64,000 nt of DNA from Octopus sinensis. Lineage: Eukaryota. Location of the stretch: positions 100,192,001 to 100,256,000 of the forward strand of contig NC_042997.1 in the NCBI RefSeq assembly GCF_006345805.1, given 5' to 3'. Each line of letters opens with the position of its first letter. The first letter of the stretch is position 1. Made by a program: the position numbers and the translations under genes. Positions 1-12,542 of the stretch are shown here, in pieces. The notes below the pieces were generated by a model. The model saw only the letters and a program-made list of their open reading frames with translations. It was not told the DNA's origin and ran no database searches.

Positions 1-48
1 TGCTCCAGCATGGCCGCAGTCAAATGACTGAAACAAGTAAAAGAGTAT
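1..48 (+). mobile_element. 3' tail of a tRNA-derived SINE (same family as 8379-8782)
   Basis: tgctccagcatggccgcagtcaaatgactgaaacaagtaaaagag is the reverse complement of the tail at ~8385-8427. Confidence 0.85.
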
Positions 49-496
49 ACCTTGAGCTGCTTCTAATTCATATTTGAATCATTTATCAAAGGAAGCTAAG
101 AATTTTGTTGACATTTTAAAGCAGCTGGTACCGGGTTACATTAAACTGATATTGATATATTCACACCTATCTAGCTGTCTAAACTCCAATCAACATGCTT
201 CTGGCTGGGACACACAGCAGTTTTATAGCTCTCATTTCTGCTGACACACTTTTAATGACTGGTATGCCCAGGCAAAAGTGTCCAAGTCTACAAAAACTGG
301 ACTTGTGCTGCACTGTTAAAACAATTGTCAATACAAAGGTTATCAAGTTTCAAAAACTTCAGCTTCCAATCTCATGAAATGCAGTTTCTAGAATTGTAAT
401 ACCTACAAAAGTATTCTATTTTGAAAGAATCCAATCTTTGATAGCGTGATACTTGAAGTTAACTTTTTATAAACAATAAATAAATTGATAATTTAC

Positions 497-658
497 CCTT
501 TTACGGGAAGCTGGGGTAGGAGTATATTTTTTCTTCTTAGCTTGTACAGCAGATGAACTAGGATCTATGTCCATGGCAGACTCTGTTAAAAGGGTGCTCG
601 ATGCTGTAGGTGACTTTGAAACAGGGTCTGATGCTGCTGAGCAATCAGACACCTGTTG
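497..658 (-). CDS. KDM6A: Probable next KDM6A exon (162 nt, or 156 nt from 652): QQVSDCSAASDPVSKSPTASSTLLTESAMDIDPSSSAVQAKKKKYTPTPASRKR
   Basis: Good acceptor ttgttctcttcacag, donor AGG|gtaaat. Phase 0-0 fits the 4383 donor, the frame is open and GC is above the flanks. No recognisable homology (low-complexity region), so the assignment rests on splice signals and phase. Confidence 0.72.
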
Positions 659-809
659 CTGTGAAGAGAACAATAAAATTCAACAAAATTCAATTATTTA
701 GAATGAAAATAAAGAATATAATAAATAACTGGATAAAATATAATAGTTTTTAATAATTATTTTAAATTTTTGATTTGTACATTTGTGACAAAAAAATTCA
801 AGGTTTAAA

Positions 810-1165
810 ATACTAATTTTGACAAGACCAGTAATTTCAGGGGAGAGGGTAAGTTGACTACATTGAGCCCAGTACTTAACTAGTATTTACATGTTGAACC
901 ATTAATCCCTACACATTTTTTCCCTTCTTAATCCTTTCTGTCAAAGTGTGTGTGCTAGAAACATCAAATACTTTTCCATTCTTCCCAAACGTTAGACTAA
1001 TACACTTGTCTTTGTCTTTCTGTAAATTTGAGCTATTTATATCATCTATCCTGAAAGGATGAAAAGTAAAGCTGACCTCAGTAGAATTTGAACCTGTAAT
1101 GTAAGGATGGATGAAACACCACTAAGCATTTTGTCTGGTGTGCTAACAATTCTGTCAGTTTTTCA
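810..1165 (-). mobile_element. Degenerate SINE (Meta-domain-like family) interrupted by a ~140-bp insertion at ~898-1040
   Basis: Both halves are homologous to the copies at 2155-2360, 54958-55110 and 62810-63058. Coordinates are approximate. Confidence 0.6.
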
Positions 1166-2154
1166 CCTTCACCTTTCAAGATTTAAATTATTAATTACTT
1201 TTTATTAAGCATAAGGCATTTATAATTTGTAAACAGAATGGACAGAGCTGTTTGTATTGGAACCTTATATATGAATGGTTCTTATTTCATTGACCACTGA
1301 AATATGAAAGGCAAAGTTTAACCCTAGGAAGAGTGGTGTGAAACTCAAGACATTAAATCTTTTTAGTTAGAAGGGAAGGGCAGTGCCCATGACTCTTTAT
1401 AGGGCTTTCAAGACTGATAGGAAGACAGAAGGAAGATATTTTCAAAGTGAAGCTCTGGCTAAAATGCTTGTAACAGAGGGGACACAACTAAAGGCGATGT
1501 TAAACCAGTCAATGGATTAACTCTACCATTCAAAGCCACATTAAGATACACTATAACATCTACTCCAGCTTTTTACTTGTGTTAATATCCTTAAAGATTC
1601 CAACTAATTAATCATGTAGATGTAACTTGATATTTGAAGAAATATAAAATTGTTTTTCCACACATAGAAATAAACATATTGCACTCTATACAAATAATAG
1701 CATATAATCATGGGTGTCATTTTCAAAGAAGCTGTAGCTTTCATGAGGTTGGCTGTCTTTAAGCAATTTTATAGATTATAATTATTGGTAACAACCAATG
1801 CCTTTCCCCCAAATAATTATAATATATGAACAGTTCTTTTATTTTCCATTTCTTGTGATGTATAAGAAACCAGCAGGAGACCTTAGGAGTAGAACTGAGC
1901 CAACTGGTAAGAAACTTTGGAGTAGATCGAGAACCAGATAGTTGGACAATATCCATAGTCTCAATTGGTCACACTTGGGAATACAGCCAGAAAGTCTAAT
2001 GATGGTTGCTTCTGATAAGACCCTATAGAAGAAGTGCCAGAGGACTCTACCCCTCTTCCACTAGGAAGGGGTGGAGAAGATAGATGGATGGATTAAAATT
2101 TGACACCATTATTAAGAAAACTAATTATATACCAGTATAATCAGATTTTTTAAT

Positions 2155-2360
2155 AATGGTTTCAAATTTTGGCATAGGGCCAGGGGTTTTGAGAGGAGGG
2201 GGAAGTCGATTACAACAACCTTAGTACTTGACTGGTACTTATTTTATTGACCCCGCAAAAAATGAAAGCAAAGACAATCTCAGTGGAATTTGAACTCAGA
2301 ACATAAAGACAAAATACCAGTAAGCATTTTGCCCAGTGTACTAACAATTCTGCCAACTCA
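2155..2360 (-). mobile_element. tRNA-derived SINE, Meta-domain-like
   Basis: The minus strand carries a B-box-like gagttcaaattcc followed by ctttgctttcat...ggggtcaataaaataagtacc, which resembles the MetaSINE central domain (from recall). Confidence 0.65.
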
Positions 2361-3777
2361 CAGGTTAATTGTTTTCAATAATAAATACTGGTGGAAGTAA
2401 ATAAAAGAAAAATGAAATTTAACTCTTATGGATGAGTTTGTCAATAGAAAAAATTCTGCTACAAAAGAGCAGAAAAGAAAACTGAATTCAAAATTATTAA
2501 CAAATCATAATTTCTCTTTGGTAATAGTGTATATTAGTGTATGTGTGTGTGTGTAAACATTATATCTTTTTATTTTTTTGTTACACTAAATGTCACATCT
2601 TTACTTTCTATAGTGTTACATGTACATAACTAATTTACACTATGCTAATTGTCCAGAGCTCATAAAAGGGAAAATGGGCATGACAAATTATGAAATTTTA
2701 TCCAATTATCCAGGTGCCAAAGAAAAAAAAAGCAAAGAAAGAATAAAGAAGGATATGGTATCTATGGAGAAATGTAAACTCATCATTCATGAAGTAAAGC
2801 TAACTGCTTTATCTTTTTGATCAGTAAAAACTACATACTTCATTAAAAAAAACATGACTTGACTTAATAATGAATTTATCTCAACAGCTACTCTGAAAAA
2901 GGCAAACTTTTTTAGTACACACTTTCTAAAACTAAATACAAATACTCCATACGTATGTGTAACATTATTATAGCATTTTATACACTAGCATTGTTAGATA
3001 AAACTGTATTATATTTGTCAATTCATATCTAAACTCTGTAGGGTTTAGATATGAAATGACATTTCATTCTACAATAAATATTAAATCCAGTGGTAATCTA
3101 GGTCACATTTGCATCAGTGTAGTAATTAACATCCAGGTAATATATAAACAAAGGCCAAAAAAGCAAAAATACAATGAACTTGAATACAAAGTTAATGTAA
3201 CTGAGCTGTGGAGGAGAGAAAAGAAGGGGAAAAAAATCAACATTTTCTAGGCTGGTCCTTTAGTCAAGAGAGAAGGAAAAAGCAGGGATAGGAAAATAAT
3301 GGAGGAGGAAAAACGAAGCTTGATACTGGGTGATAGATGTAACATGGTTCAATGGTAGACAGGAAGTAGTGAAGTAAGGAAGTTATTTTTAGTGACAAAG
3401 GGAGCATGGGGGGTGGAGGTAAGGGAAATAAAGTGACAGGCATGGGTGGCAATAGTAAAAGCTTTCAAAAAGGAGAAAAAAAAAAAGACTACTCCATTAC
3501 TTCCTATGTGTTAGTCAAGCGTGCTACATCTTTGACCCAACATCATGTCTTATCTTATTTTCCTTTCCTTTTACTTTTCTTTTCACCTTTCTTCTATCTT
3601 GATGAAGGACCAATGTCTGACATGAGGTGCCTTTTCTTTTCTTTTCTCCACAGTGCAATTACCTTGACTTTGTACTCTTCATTGTTATTTTCTTGTCTCT
3701 CACCTGGATATTAATTAACTATATTTTGCTGTACAGTTTCTTTTACAGCTATTTTGCTTTCAATCCATTAACCTTGA

Positions 3778-3994
3778 TCCTTTAACATTCAGATTATTCT
3801 GTCAAATGTAATGCTTATTTATTTACATTGTTTTAAATTTACTGATATCTCATAGCTTTGAAGTTTTGATGATGTAATTGAGTATTTTTAGAACGACATG
3901 GTAAGGTAAGGTAGGAAAGGCCAGGGCTGGATGGTTTGAACATAAAACAGGTAGAATATTTGAACCAGATATGCCCGGTTTAAATGCTAAAGGC
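3778..3994. mobile_element. TTAA-flanked MITE (piggyBac-like termini)
   Basis: Imperfect TIRs cctttaacattc / aaatgctaaagg followed by TTAA at 3995-3998. Homologous in inverted orientation to 8253-8375, 26600-26830 and 35104-35165/37227-37321. Confidence 0.75.
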
Positions 3995-4382
3995 TTAAAC
4001 ATCTGTATTTCCTATTTCATTGATATACAACAGCAGTTTACTAATTTGATTGTTTTAGCATGAATGTTTAGTTTATAATTTTCACATGTGATCAGTTGTA
4101 TCTTTATAAAAGCAAAGGATATTACTCAATAATTGTAGCTAATTTTCACCCACCCTCTACACAGTTAAAGGGTGTTCCATCTTACTAAACAACAATAAAT
4201 ATATTTAGAATTCTTTCATAAGATACTTATCTAAATACTGTTACACAAAGGAAAAAAAGTAAACATGCAATAAATTATGAAACATGAAGGGTTCTTAGTA
4301 ACATTTTTTAAATTATGGAAGAACTTTAAAAAAATGATAGGGTGTAGGGAGAAAATAAAAAAAAAAGGTATAAATTACCAAC

Positions 4383-4479
4383 CTGCTGCTGTGCGGCAGA
4401 GTTGGCTGCTTGTCGAGAAATAAGTTCAGCTGGAATTGGTAAACTCCAAGCTTCTTCTAAACTAGGTAAGGTTTTAGGT
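4383..4479 (-). CDS. KDM6A: KDM6A/UTX internal exon, 97 nt: (R)[32 protein letters not shown]
   Basis: Poly-T tract ending ccag|A, donor CAG|gttggt. Contains the UTX motif [20 protein letters not shown]. Confidence 0.95.
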
Positions 4480-5699
4480 CTGGAAAAAAAAAAAGTTAAA
4501 AATGGATTTAATATAGAGATTAATTTGAATAAAGGATATTTGGCCTCTTAACCTAAATTAGGTGTAGCAAGCCTAGTTAGCAAACAACTGATTTAAAATG
4601 CTTCAAATAGAGCTAAAAAGAAACAAAAATGTAAACTACATTAAAATACTAACACATAATTGTATTTCAAAATTAAAATATGCCTGAAAACATATTTATC
4701 TTCTATTCATTATGCAACTGTCCTAATTCACTAATGCATCTAATTCATACTATAGATAGTTTGAAAAACATTTATAAGTATTTTTGAATTATATAAGCAT
4801 GAATGCAGAACTAGCTCAAACCAATCACATGTTCAAAATTGCAGACTTTTAAAAAACTATTTCTTCATAAGACATTTCCATATTTTGTTGAAGCTAATGT
4901 TACAACAATGGTTCAAATTTGTAGTGGGAAATGTAGTTGATTGAATTGACTAGATTACTACTTATTTTAGTGACCTTGCAGGAATAAAAGGTAAAATGGG
5001 AAAAGCAGAATTTTAGCTCAAAACACAGAGGGGAAGAAATTAAATATTGTAAGTCATTTAGCTGGACACTACTATTTTTGCAAAATCATTGCTTTTGGTT
5101 TTCAAATACAATCACATAAGCATAAAACAGAAGTGATATCTGCTTCGTAATAACTAAGAGTAATATTTTGTATAATAAAAGCATTTTATCTATTCAAACA
5201 TTTTCAAGTCATACAAATAATAAAACTGGTTCATTCCTATTGCAACTTAGCAAAACTAAATGCCATTCAAACAGAATACAAAATAACATCAAATAAATTG
5301 CTGTCTTTGTAGTACTAACAAAAATTGACACAAATTTATATTTAAAATATGATACAGATTGTCATAAAACATATTCTACTCCTTTTACTGAAACACTTAA
5401 TAGGAGCAACTAAAATAAGTTCTTCAATAAGAATCAAAGCAAGAAATAAAATTGCATTACATTGATTCATCTAAATAAAAAAGAAAAACCTGCCTAACTT
5501 TGCTATTTCTCATTTCAAACTTATTTTAGAAGTAACCTTTAAATGAATGTTGTTTTAAATATGTTTATGAAATAATCAGAAAGTTGACAAGTGACATTTA
5601 ATAGGGAAAAGAATATCCAAGACATATCTTTTCAAGTATAATGATTTGAGGTAGAAAATCTAATCTGCTTCAAATCAACAAGTTCTCAAATCCAGACAA

Positions 5700-6490
5700 C
5701 ATTCCATCCAGTTTTCTCAAATATTTTTGCTTCAGAAATGTCTGCTATACTCACCAAACTCTTGGATCTACACTGACCATTGAAACACGCTACAATGTGT
5801 CCTATTGAAAGAAAAGGAAACTTCTCAAATCCTGCCAACTATCATCCTATTGCACTCACTTTCAAAATCTTTAAAGTAATGGAAACAGCCATTAGCGATG
5901 ACTTCAAAGAACTTGAATTTCTCTTTCCTCACATATTGGCTACCAGGACAGTTTCTGTAAAGGTGGATCCACTGGTGACCTATTCTCCTCCATCATGCAT
6001 CAGTGGGTTTTTGCTTAGGAGAAATTTGTTGAAAACCATGTGGTGATCCTTAACATCAGCAAAGCTTTCAAGCATGTCTGGCATGTGAATCTTCAGTCAA
6101 AATAACCTGCTTTTGAGCTCCACCCATCTCTTGAGATTAATTTGGTATAGAATCACTTAGACAGATTCTTACCCATCACTCTGCCTTTCTATTGTAACTA
6201 TAATGGCTGCTGCTCTTTGGAGCTGGCTGGGCTCATGTCTCAATATGCAGGCATTCCAACCCACTCTTATATCCACCTACCACTCCATGCTTTGTACTGA
6301 TCACTACACCTAGTTTGCCCTTCCCAGTATGCCAACCCCCTAGAATTCTTTCTCTGTTCTTATCTTTCCAACAAATGAAGATTTGCAAAGGTTCAAGAGG
6401 AATATTAATGGCATCACTACTACTTCGGTTGGAAAGCTTGTGAAGGCCATGCATATTACCTCTTCTACTAAACCCAGCATGTATAAAAAC
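5700..6490 (+). mobile_element. Degenerate CR1/Jockey-group LINE relic (RT fragments and 3' end)
   Basis: Frameshifted motifs PIERKGNFSNPANYHPIALT..KVME, STGDL, ILNISKAFKHVW and a late DLQRFKRNIN. ORF 5780..6046 is part of it. Confidence 0.75.
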
Positions 6491-6932
6491 AACAACAAAA
6501 AGAAAAAATAGCTGTTTTAGACATAGAATGTGAAACAGATTAAGTTGCAGTTATAGCTGGAAGTTTCATTTTGGCATTGAATTCTGTCAAGGCCAACTGC
6601 ATTTTTATTCACTGTGAGCTTACTAAGATAAGTCTTAAATGGTAGTGACTGCACAAATTGTAAAAATACCAAATGCTATTGCCTATCAGTTGTAGTTTTT
6701 TATGGTTTGGTCAAAGAAGTAGAATCAAACAGATAGAGTACAATAGCATTTGGCAACTTTATATATTGTAAGCAAATTTTCTTTTAATCTATATAGTTCT
6801 ACGTCTTTACAATGTTTATGTTGTCTTGTCTCTATTTGTTTCATATAACCAGTATATTTCTGTTTCTGTGGACAATAGCAATCAAACCAAATGAATTACC
6901 AATTTAAAATATAAAAAGATAAGTTCCCCTAC

Positions 6933-7017
6933 CTGTTTTGTAAATGTTGAAGAGGTATGCTGACAAGATGCTGTTGCAGAAACTTTATCTTAGCTGCTAG
7001 ATTAGGATTTACAGAAG
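6933..7017 (-). CDS. KDM6A: KDM6A/UTX internal exon, 85 nt: (A)SVNPNLAAKIKFLQQHLVSIPLQHLQN(R)
   Basis: Acceptor cttattgcag|CT, donor AG|gtaggg. Its phase 1 to 2 is exactly what is needed to join the flanking exons. Matches UTX [22 protein letters not shown]. Confidence 0.92.
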
Positions 7018-7126
7018 CTGCAATAAGAATAATAAATTCAGAAATACATTAGATGAAAACGATTTCAAATCTAATTTTATTAAAATAAGAATTTAAAGAA
7101 ATAAATTAAAAAGTGAATTATAAGTA

Positions 7127-7450
7127 CATCATCATCATCCTTTAACATCTGTTTTCCATGCTGGCATGGGTTGGACTGTTTGACCAGAGTTGGCAAGCAG
7201 AAGAGCTGCATCAGGTTCCAGTCTGTTTTGGCTTGGTTTCTACAGCTGGATACCCTTCCCAACACCAACCATTTTACAGAATGGGCTGGGTGCTTTTTAC
7301 GTGGCGCTGGCATGGGTGCTTTTTACATGGCACCAGCACAAGGCTCTCGCAGGCCAATCCTCTTCAGCAGTGGGAGCGCCATCAATACTTCTGCTGTGGA
7401 GGGCAGGTCTTCTTGAGTACAGCAAGGCACCAGATACCTCAGTCCAGTAA
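7127..7450 (-). mobile_element. RTE-type 3' tail element (5'-truncated LINE or partner SINE)
   Basis: (CAT)n-tttaacatctgttttccatgctggcatgggttggac...tacagctggataccc is the reverse complement of the LINE tail at 37061-37226. Confidence 0.85.
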
Positions 7451-7683
7451 AAGATAAAATAAAAACTCTACGTAAATACTGCAAGACCACTGAAGAGAGC
7501 ACTTACAGTGATAATAAAGATAATACTACGAGACTGAGGGAAGAGAACTGGTCAATATGAGCTTTTTACACTATGAAAAATTAATCAAATGTTATAGCAT
7601 GTTATTAAGTATAAAAAAAAAAAGTAAATTATTACACATAAAAATGTGTTAATAAGAATTATGTAAGTGTGATGCAAAAATAC

Positions 7684-7856
7684 CTTTGTTATTTGTAGCA
7701 TTTATATAACAAGTAAGGGCGTCTCTAGGTTGGTTGCATGTCTCATAGAGAATGCCTAGATCAGTCCATGCTGCAGTGTGAGTGCGGTCCAACTGCACTG
7801 CACAGATGTAGGCTTGCAGAGCGTCCATAGGCTGGTTCTGCTGCTGATACAGTACT
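7684..7856 (-). CDS. KDM6A: KDM6A/UTX internal exon, 173 nt: (G)[57 protein letters not shown]
   Basis: Lies inside ORF 7649..7897. Acceptor ctcttttag|A, donor G|gtattt. Near-identical to a UTX TPR. Confidence 0.97.
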
Positions 7857-8252
7857 CTAAAAGAGAAAGAAAAAAGAGTTTCATACCATTTATTCATAGT
7901 AACAAATAAATTTTACACACGCAACTAAATTATCAAGATAAAGCAAAATTTTCTCTATTTTTTTCTGTTTCTCTTTCTCGACTGTTAATGTTTTTCAAGT
8001 TTACATTTGAAGGAAACTAAAAATGCCTTTGAGAACATAACACTACACCTATTACCTTATATTTATTTCATCTACCAAGATGTTCATGAGCACAGAACAG
8101 GTGATCACCCAGCATGAATTTTTTGCTTCTAGTTTGTAGCTATTTCTCTTAATAAGAGTACCCATGAAAGCATGAACATTACAATTTCATTTCCTACTCA
8201 TTTTAATAGAGAAAAATATACCCTATGATTCACTTTTACCAAGATAATAACT

Positions 8253-8835
8253 AACCCTTTAGCATTTTTTAACTGACTATATCCAGGCCAAGTATGCTAC
8301 CCATTTTTATGTTCAAACTGGCCGGGTGCAGCCTTTCATGCCTATCTTACAATGTCAATCTAAAAATAAATAATAACACTCTCTCTTTTACTTGTTTCAG
8401 TCATTTGACTGCGGCCATGCTGGAGCACCGCCTTTAATCAAGCAACTCGACCCCAGGACTTATTCTTTGTAAGCCCAGTACTTATTTTATCGGTCTCTTT
8501 TGCCGAACCGCTAAGTGACGGGGACGTAAACACAACAGCATCAGTTGTCAAGCAATGCTAGGGGGACAAACACAGACACACAAACATATTCACACACACA
8601 TATATATATACATATATACGACAGGCTTCTTTCAGTTTCCGTCTACCAAATCCACTCACAAGGCATTGGTCGACCCGGGGCTATAGCAGAAGACACTTGC
8701 CCAAGATGCCACGCAGTGGGACTGAACCTGGAACCATGTGGTTGGTTAGCAAGCTACTTACCACACAGCCACTCCTGCGCCTATAGAAATTCAAAACAAT
8801 GTGAAGAAATATTATATCTGAATATTATGTAGTTT
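8253..8835. mobile_element. TTAA-type MITE split by a SINE insertion
   Basis: The left part 8253-~8375 (ccctttagcatt...tctaaaaata) and the right part ~8786-8835 (aattcaaaacaatgtgaa...atctgaata) both match the MITE family. Confidence 0.65.
8379..8782 (-). mobile_element. Near-intact tRNA-derived SINE
   Basis: Minus-strand head AGGCGCAGGAGTGGCTGTGTGG (A box)...GGTTCAGTCCC (B box), then CTTGGGCAAGTGTCTT, an internal CA/TA tract and a 3' tail shared with 1-48. CpGs are retained. Confidence 0.9.
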
Positions 8836-9501
8836 GATTAACACTGTATTTTAATGTGTTCTTAAATCTGACACAAAGCCATCCATTGCTAGGAGAGAGA
8901 TATAGTCAACCAGAGCTCTCTATGTCTGGTACTTATTTTGTCAATCCAGCTGGCATTTGATTTCGTAACTTGGAGGAAAGAAATAAATGCTGCAAAGCAT
9001 TAAATCTATAACCATTTTGTCTAGTTCACCATCCACTTTAAGAATATACTAAGTTTAACTATTAGTTTACATATGCTCAAATAAAACACTAAAAATTTCT
9101 TTATTTTTGGCAATAATTTGCTGAAAGTTGATAGTTGCTTAGATGGATGGATAAAGGTTAAGAATGATGAATTACTTTCTTTACACTTTAATAAGACCAC
9201 AAACAAATTTAATATAAGTATACAAAATCAAAGAGAGATGTATTGATGTGGAAACACTTCATAGCAACTAGAAAAATAAAATAAAGTTGATGTTCCTGTA
9301 ATTGTTCTATCAATTTAAGATTTCTGATAATACTAAAGGATTGTATCTTCTATAATGTCATTCCTACTTATGAATTTAATATGCTAATACAAAGATCTTA
9401 GTACTTAAAATAATCACTTTTATCAAGGATGTTTTAGTAAAAGTTTTATAAAATCACATTTATTAAGATATTTTGAAAAAGACAATATTGCAATTACTTA
9501 C

Positions 9502-9600
9502 CCTATAGAGCACCATGTGTCAGCATTAGCCTCCCACTTGTCTTTTGAATGACGATAGTGGATGAAGGCATCATGAACTCTTCCTATACTAGACAGGCAC
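9502..9600 (-). CDS. KDM6A: KDM6A/UTX internal exon, 99 nt: (R)[32 protein letters not shown](G)
   Basis: Lies inside ORF 9498..9704. Acceptor cttttcag|G, donor GG|gtaagt. Matches [36 protein letters not shown]. Confidence 0.96.
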
Positions 9601-10424
9601 CTGAAAAGTACAAGCAGCAAATGAAATGTGGGCAAAATAAGGTTGGATGGGAGGGTGTAATTACCCCCTTTAAATCCATAATAGGTTTTCATGTAAATGT
9701 CCAAGTAGGTATCTAGATTACCTATGGGTACTGAAGCTGATAAAACAAGTAATCAGTGTACAAAATTATGCCATTATAAGACTTGTACAGGATAAAGTCA
9801 ACAAGGATAATACGATACTTGGTTTCTACAAAATCAACATTATGCTTGTGACACAGCTATGGGAGAAAACACTAGAGGAAACAATTATGTATAATGTGTG
9901 TAGACTACTGGTTGATATGAGCTGTTTGATAGAGTATAGAAGTAATGTGAACTAATATTAGACTCAGAAATTTCAAGTTCATCATGAAAGCTTCATAGCT
10001 GAATTTAGGATAGATAGGTTTTACATTTAACATTATTGTCAGTGAGTAAATAATTTTAGATTTTGCTTTCACTACAGTAGCAAATTTTAGTGATTTAACC
10101 TGTTATAACAGGGTATTTTTTAAAAATGTTTAAAAAGAAATCACTTTTATATACATGTGTAAAAAGCTAACTAATATAACCTATTTAATATCTAAAATTG
10201 AATAATAATGTAAACTTAAATTAGTCACAATATGAAATTTCAGAAATAGACTGCATATATTAGAAGTGGGATGCTACTTAACAGTAAAATAAATGCTGTA
10301 AAGACAGATCTCAGTATAAAGGTGAGAGATCAAACAAGAACAGAATAAATAAGCAATGACCTGTACAAGAATGAAAACTGTATTTAGTGATAAGGATGCA
10401 TGCTAAAAATGTCAAAATACCAAC

Positions 10425-10551
10425 CTGCCCAAGAGGTACCAGGTTTGTCCATTAGAAGAGTCTAATTCGATTGATTTATGTAAATAATGAATTGCAACTG
10501 GTTCTCGTGTGCTTTTATCACCAAGCTGTTCTGCAGTATGGAATAACCAGC
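10425..10551 (-). CDS. KDM6A: KDM6A/UTX internal exon, 127 nt: (G)WLFHTAEQLGDKSTREPVAIHYLHKSIELDSSNGQTWYLLG(R)
   Basis: Lies inside ORF 10412..10618. Acceptor cttttctag|GC, donor AG|gttggt. TPR motif. Confidence 0.95.
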
Positions 10552-10609
10552 CTAGAAAAGTGAAAATTATATCATTAGTTCCAGTTAAGAAATACATTTT
10601 ATGATCATG

Positions 10610-10800
10610 TGATGACACATGGCCTAGTGGTTAGGGTGTGTTGTCTTCTTGAGCAAAACATTTCAACACCTGACGCATGATACACCATGCACCTATTCAG
10701 GCGATGTCAATTTGAAGGAGGGAGTAAGTTAATGTACAGCACATACATTTGATTACTATAAACAAATCATTTATGCAGGTTGTTTGGCAAAAACTGAACA
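10610..10800 (+). mobile_element. tRNA-derived SINE (same family as the 61.0-61.96 kb cluster)
   Basis: catggcctagtggttagggtg head; core gatgtcaatttga...atgtaca...atttga(t)tactataaaca. Confidence 0.7.
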
Positions 10801-12270
10801 CTCATACATAGGTTTCATCAAGAGAGTTCATCATGTCATTAGTTCCTTTCAAGAATTACATTTTACGAACATTTACATAACTACACACAACACTCTCATT
10901 TGCTTTTATCTGAAGACTAAAAAAATTAAAATTAATAAAACTGTCTCATGTCAAAGTCAGGATTTCTTCCTATTTCACCCTTACTGAACACTAACAGAAA
11001 CTGAATTTATAATTTAACATCGATCTCCTTCCCTATTTACATCCTTGATTTAATCTGATTATCAAATACTATCAGTTCTTTTACACCTTCAGTCATCATT
11101 TATTTCTTTATCTCACAAATGGAAACAATTCTCCATGAAAGCTCAAGTCACAAATCTTGCTATCAGTGTAACCAATGAAAGTCATGCCATCCAATATAAA
11201 AACAACTAGTTGTTTACCTCAATCACAGTTGTGCACTTTAGTCATTTACAATGCAACTCTCTGCCAATTTTAGTTGTGTGCTGTGGTCTTTTAGAATACA
11301 CCTTTCCACTAATTTTAGTCAATCTGATCCATTATTTCATAACATTGATAAGTATCTACTGCAAAACAAGCTCATTTACTTCTTGCCTTTCTGTTAATGA
11401 TTGAGTATGCATGTGCTAACTCCATTATTGACAGAAGTTTGGAGATATCCTTTAACAATTTATGTTCTTTCATTCTCTTCACCTCAAACTTGGTTATCTA
11501 CTTCCAATCACATATTTCAATGAACATTAACCCATAAAGCACTGGGATTTGCACTTACATAGCATGGACTGCTGAGCACATTTTATGAAAATGAAACTAC
11601 CATGCACACATACAAAACAAAAAATAGTTAAAATATCTTCTTAGTAAATAATGGTGGCAAGTTTTATATCATCTGAAAAGTCATTCGTTGAACTATTAGT
11701 CCTCTTGCATTCTGGAGCATTTGAGTGACATTAGACTCCAACAAACGCCCATAAATTAAATGCATCTATTTGGGCCACGATCGTGGCCTGTTGGTCTCTA
11801 CCTGATGGCCACGATTGTGGCCCATCATGCTTTATGTGTTAAGGGTCTGCTATTTCACTAAATTTCTCAGTGCCAATACAATTATCAATTATTTTAGGAA
11901 AGTAAAGAATTGTACTGCCTTTCCCTTCAATGCCCTCTCATAGAAACCCCTCATATTTAACATAACTAAAATTATGTTAAAGATATTTTCTAATTATCCA
12001 GTTTGCAGAATCACTCTTCCAATAATAGAAATTAAATTTAAAAAATATTGTCTCAAAAATTATTTTTTAAATGAAAATATACTATCTATAGAAACAACAA
12101 AATAGCATCAGATCTACCACATGTCAATGTGAAATACTGTCAATAAATTTTATACTATACTGTGCATAAATTTTAAGAAAAACTGACCTAAAAAAATAAT
12201 GAAAAAATCAAGACTGGAATTAGAGAGCAAAAATAAAGGCAAAAAGTAATTCAAATTTAAGATATTTTAC

Positions 12271-12364
12271 CTAATTGTCTGTAAGCAATAGCTTTTATTT
12301 TGTCAGTGATGTCTTCAGGTAAAAGGAATTGTTCGTAAGCCTCTTTCGACTGCTTGTATTTGCC
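12271..12364 (-). CDS. KDM6A: KDM6A/UTX internal exon, 94 nt: GKYKQSKEAYEQFLLPEDITDKIKAIAYRQL(G)
   Basis: Acceptor ttttttag|GGC, donor G|gtaaaa. Matches UTX KYHSAKEAYEQLL...KATVLQQLG. Confidence 0.93.
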
Positions 12365-12542
12365 CTAAAAAAGTTTTTAAAATAAAAATTTAAAAATTAG
12401 ATTCTTATATGTTAAGATATAAAGAATTATAACCATTTCTCAAAATTAACTAAAAGGTTTTTAGACTATCTACAAGCCAGTGCCTCGGTACAATTGCTGA
12501 AACAACTAAATGATAGACGATAAGAAATCTGAAAACAATATA

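Noticed and set aside
1759-1960. Ser/Thr-rich minus-strand ORF as a possible extra KDM6A exon
   Set aside because: No polypyrimidine tract, a weak donor (gtctcc), and the flanking exons already join in phase without it.
7684-7690. Donor GTATTT as a possible U12-type intron (exon 7684-7856)
   Set aside because: It does not match the U12 consensus GTATCCTT. All ten donors read as ordinary U2 GT sites.
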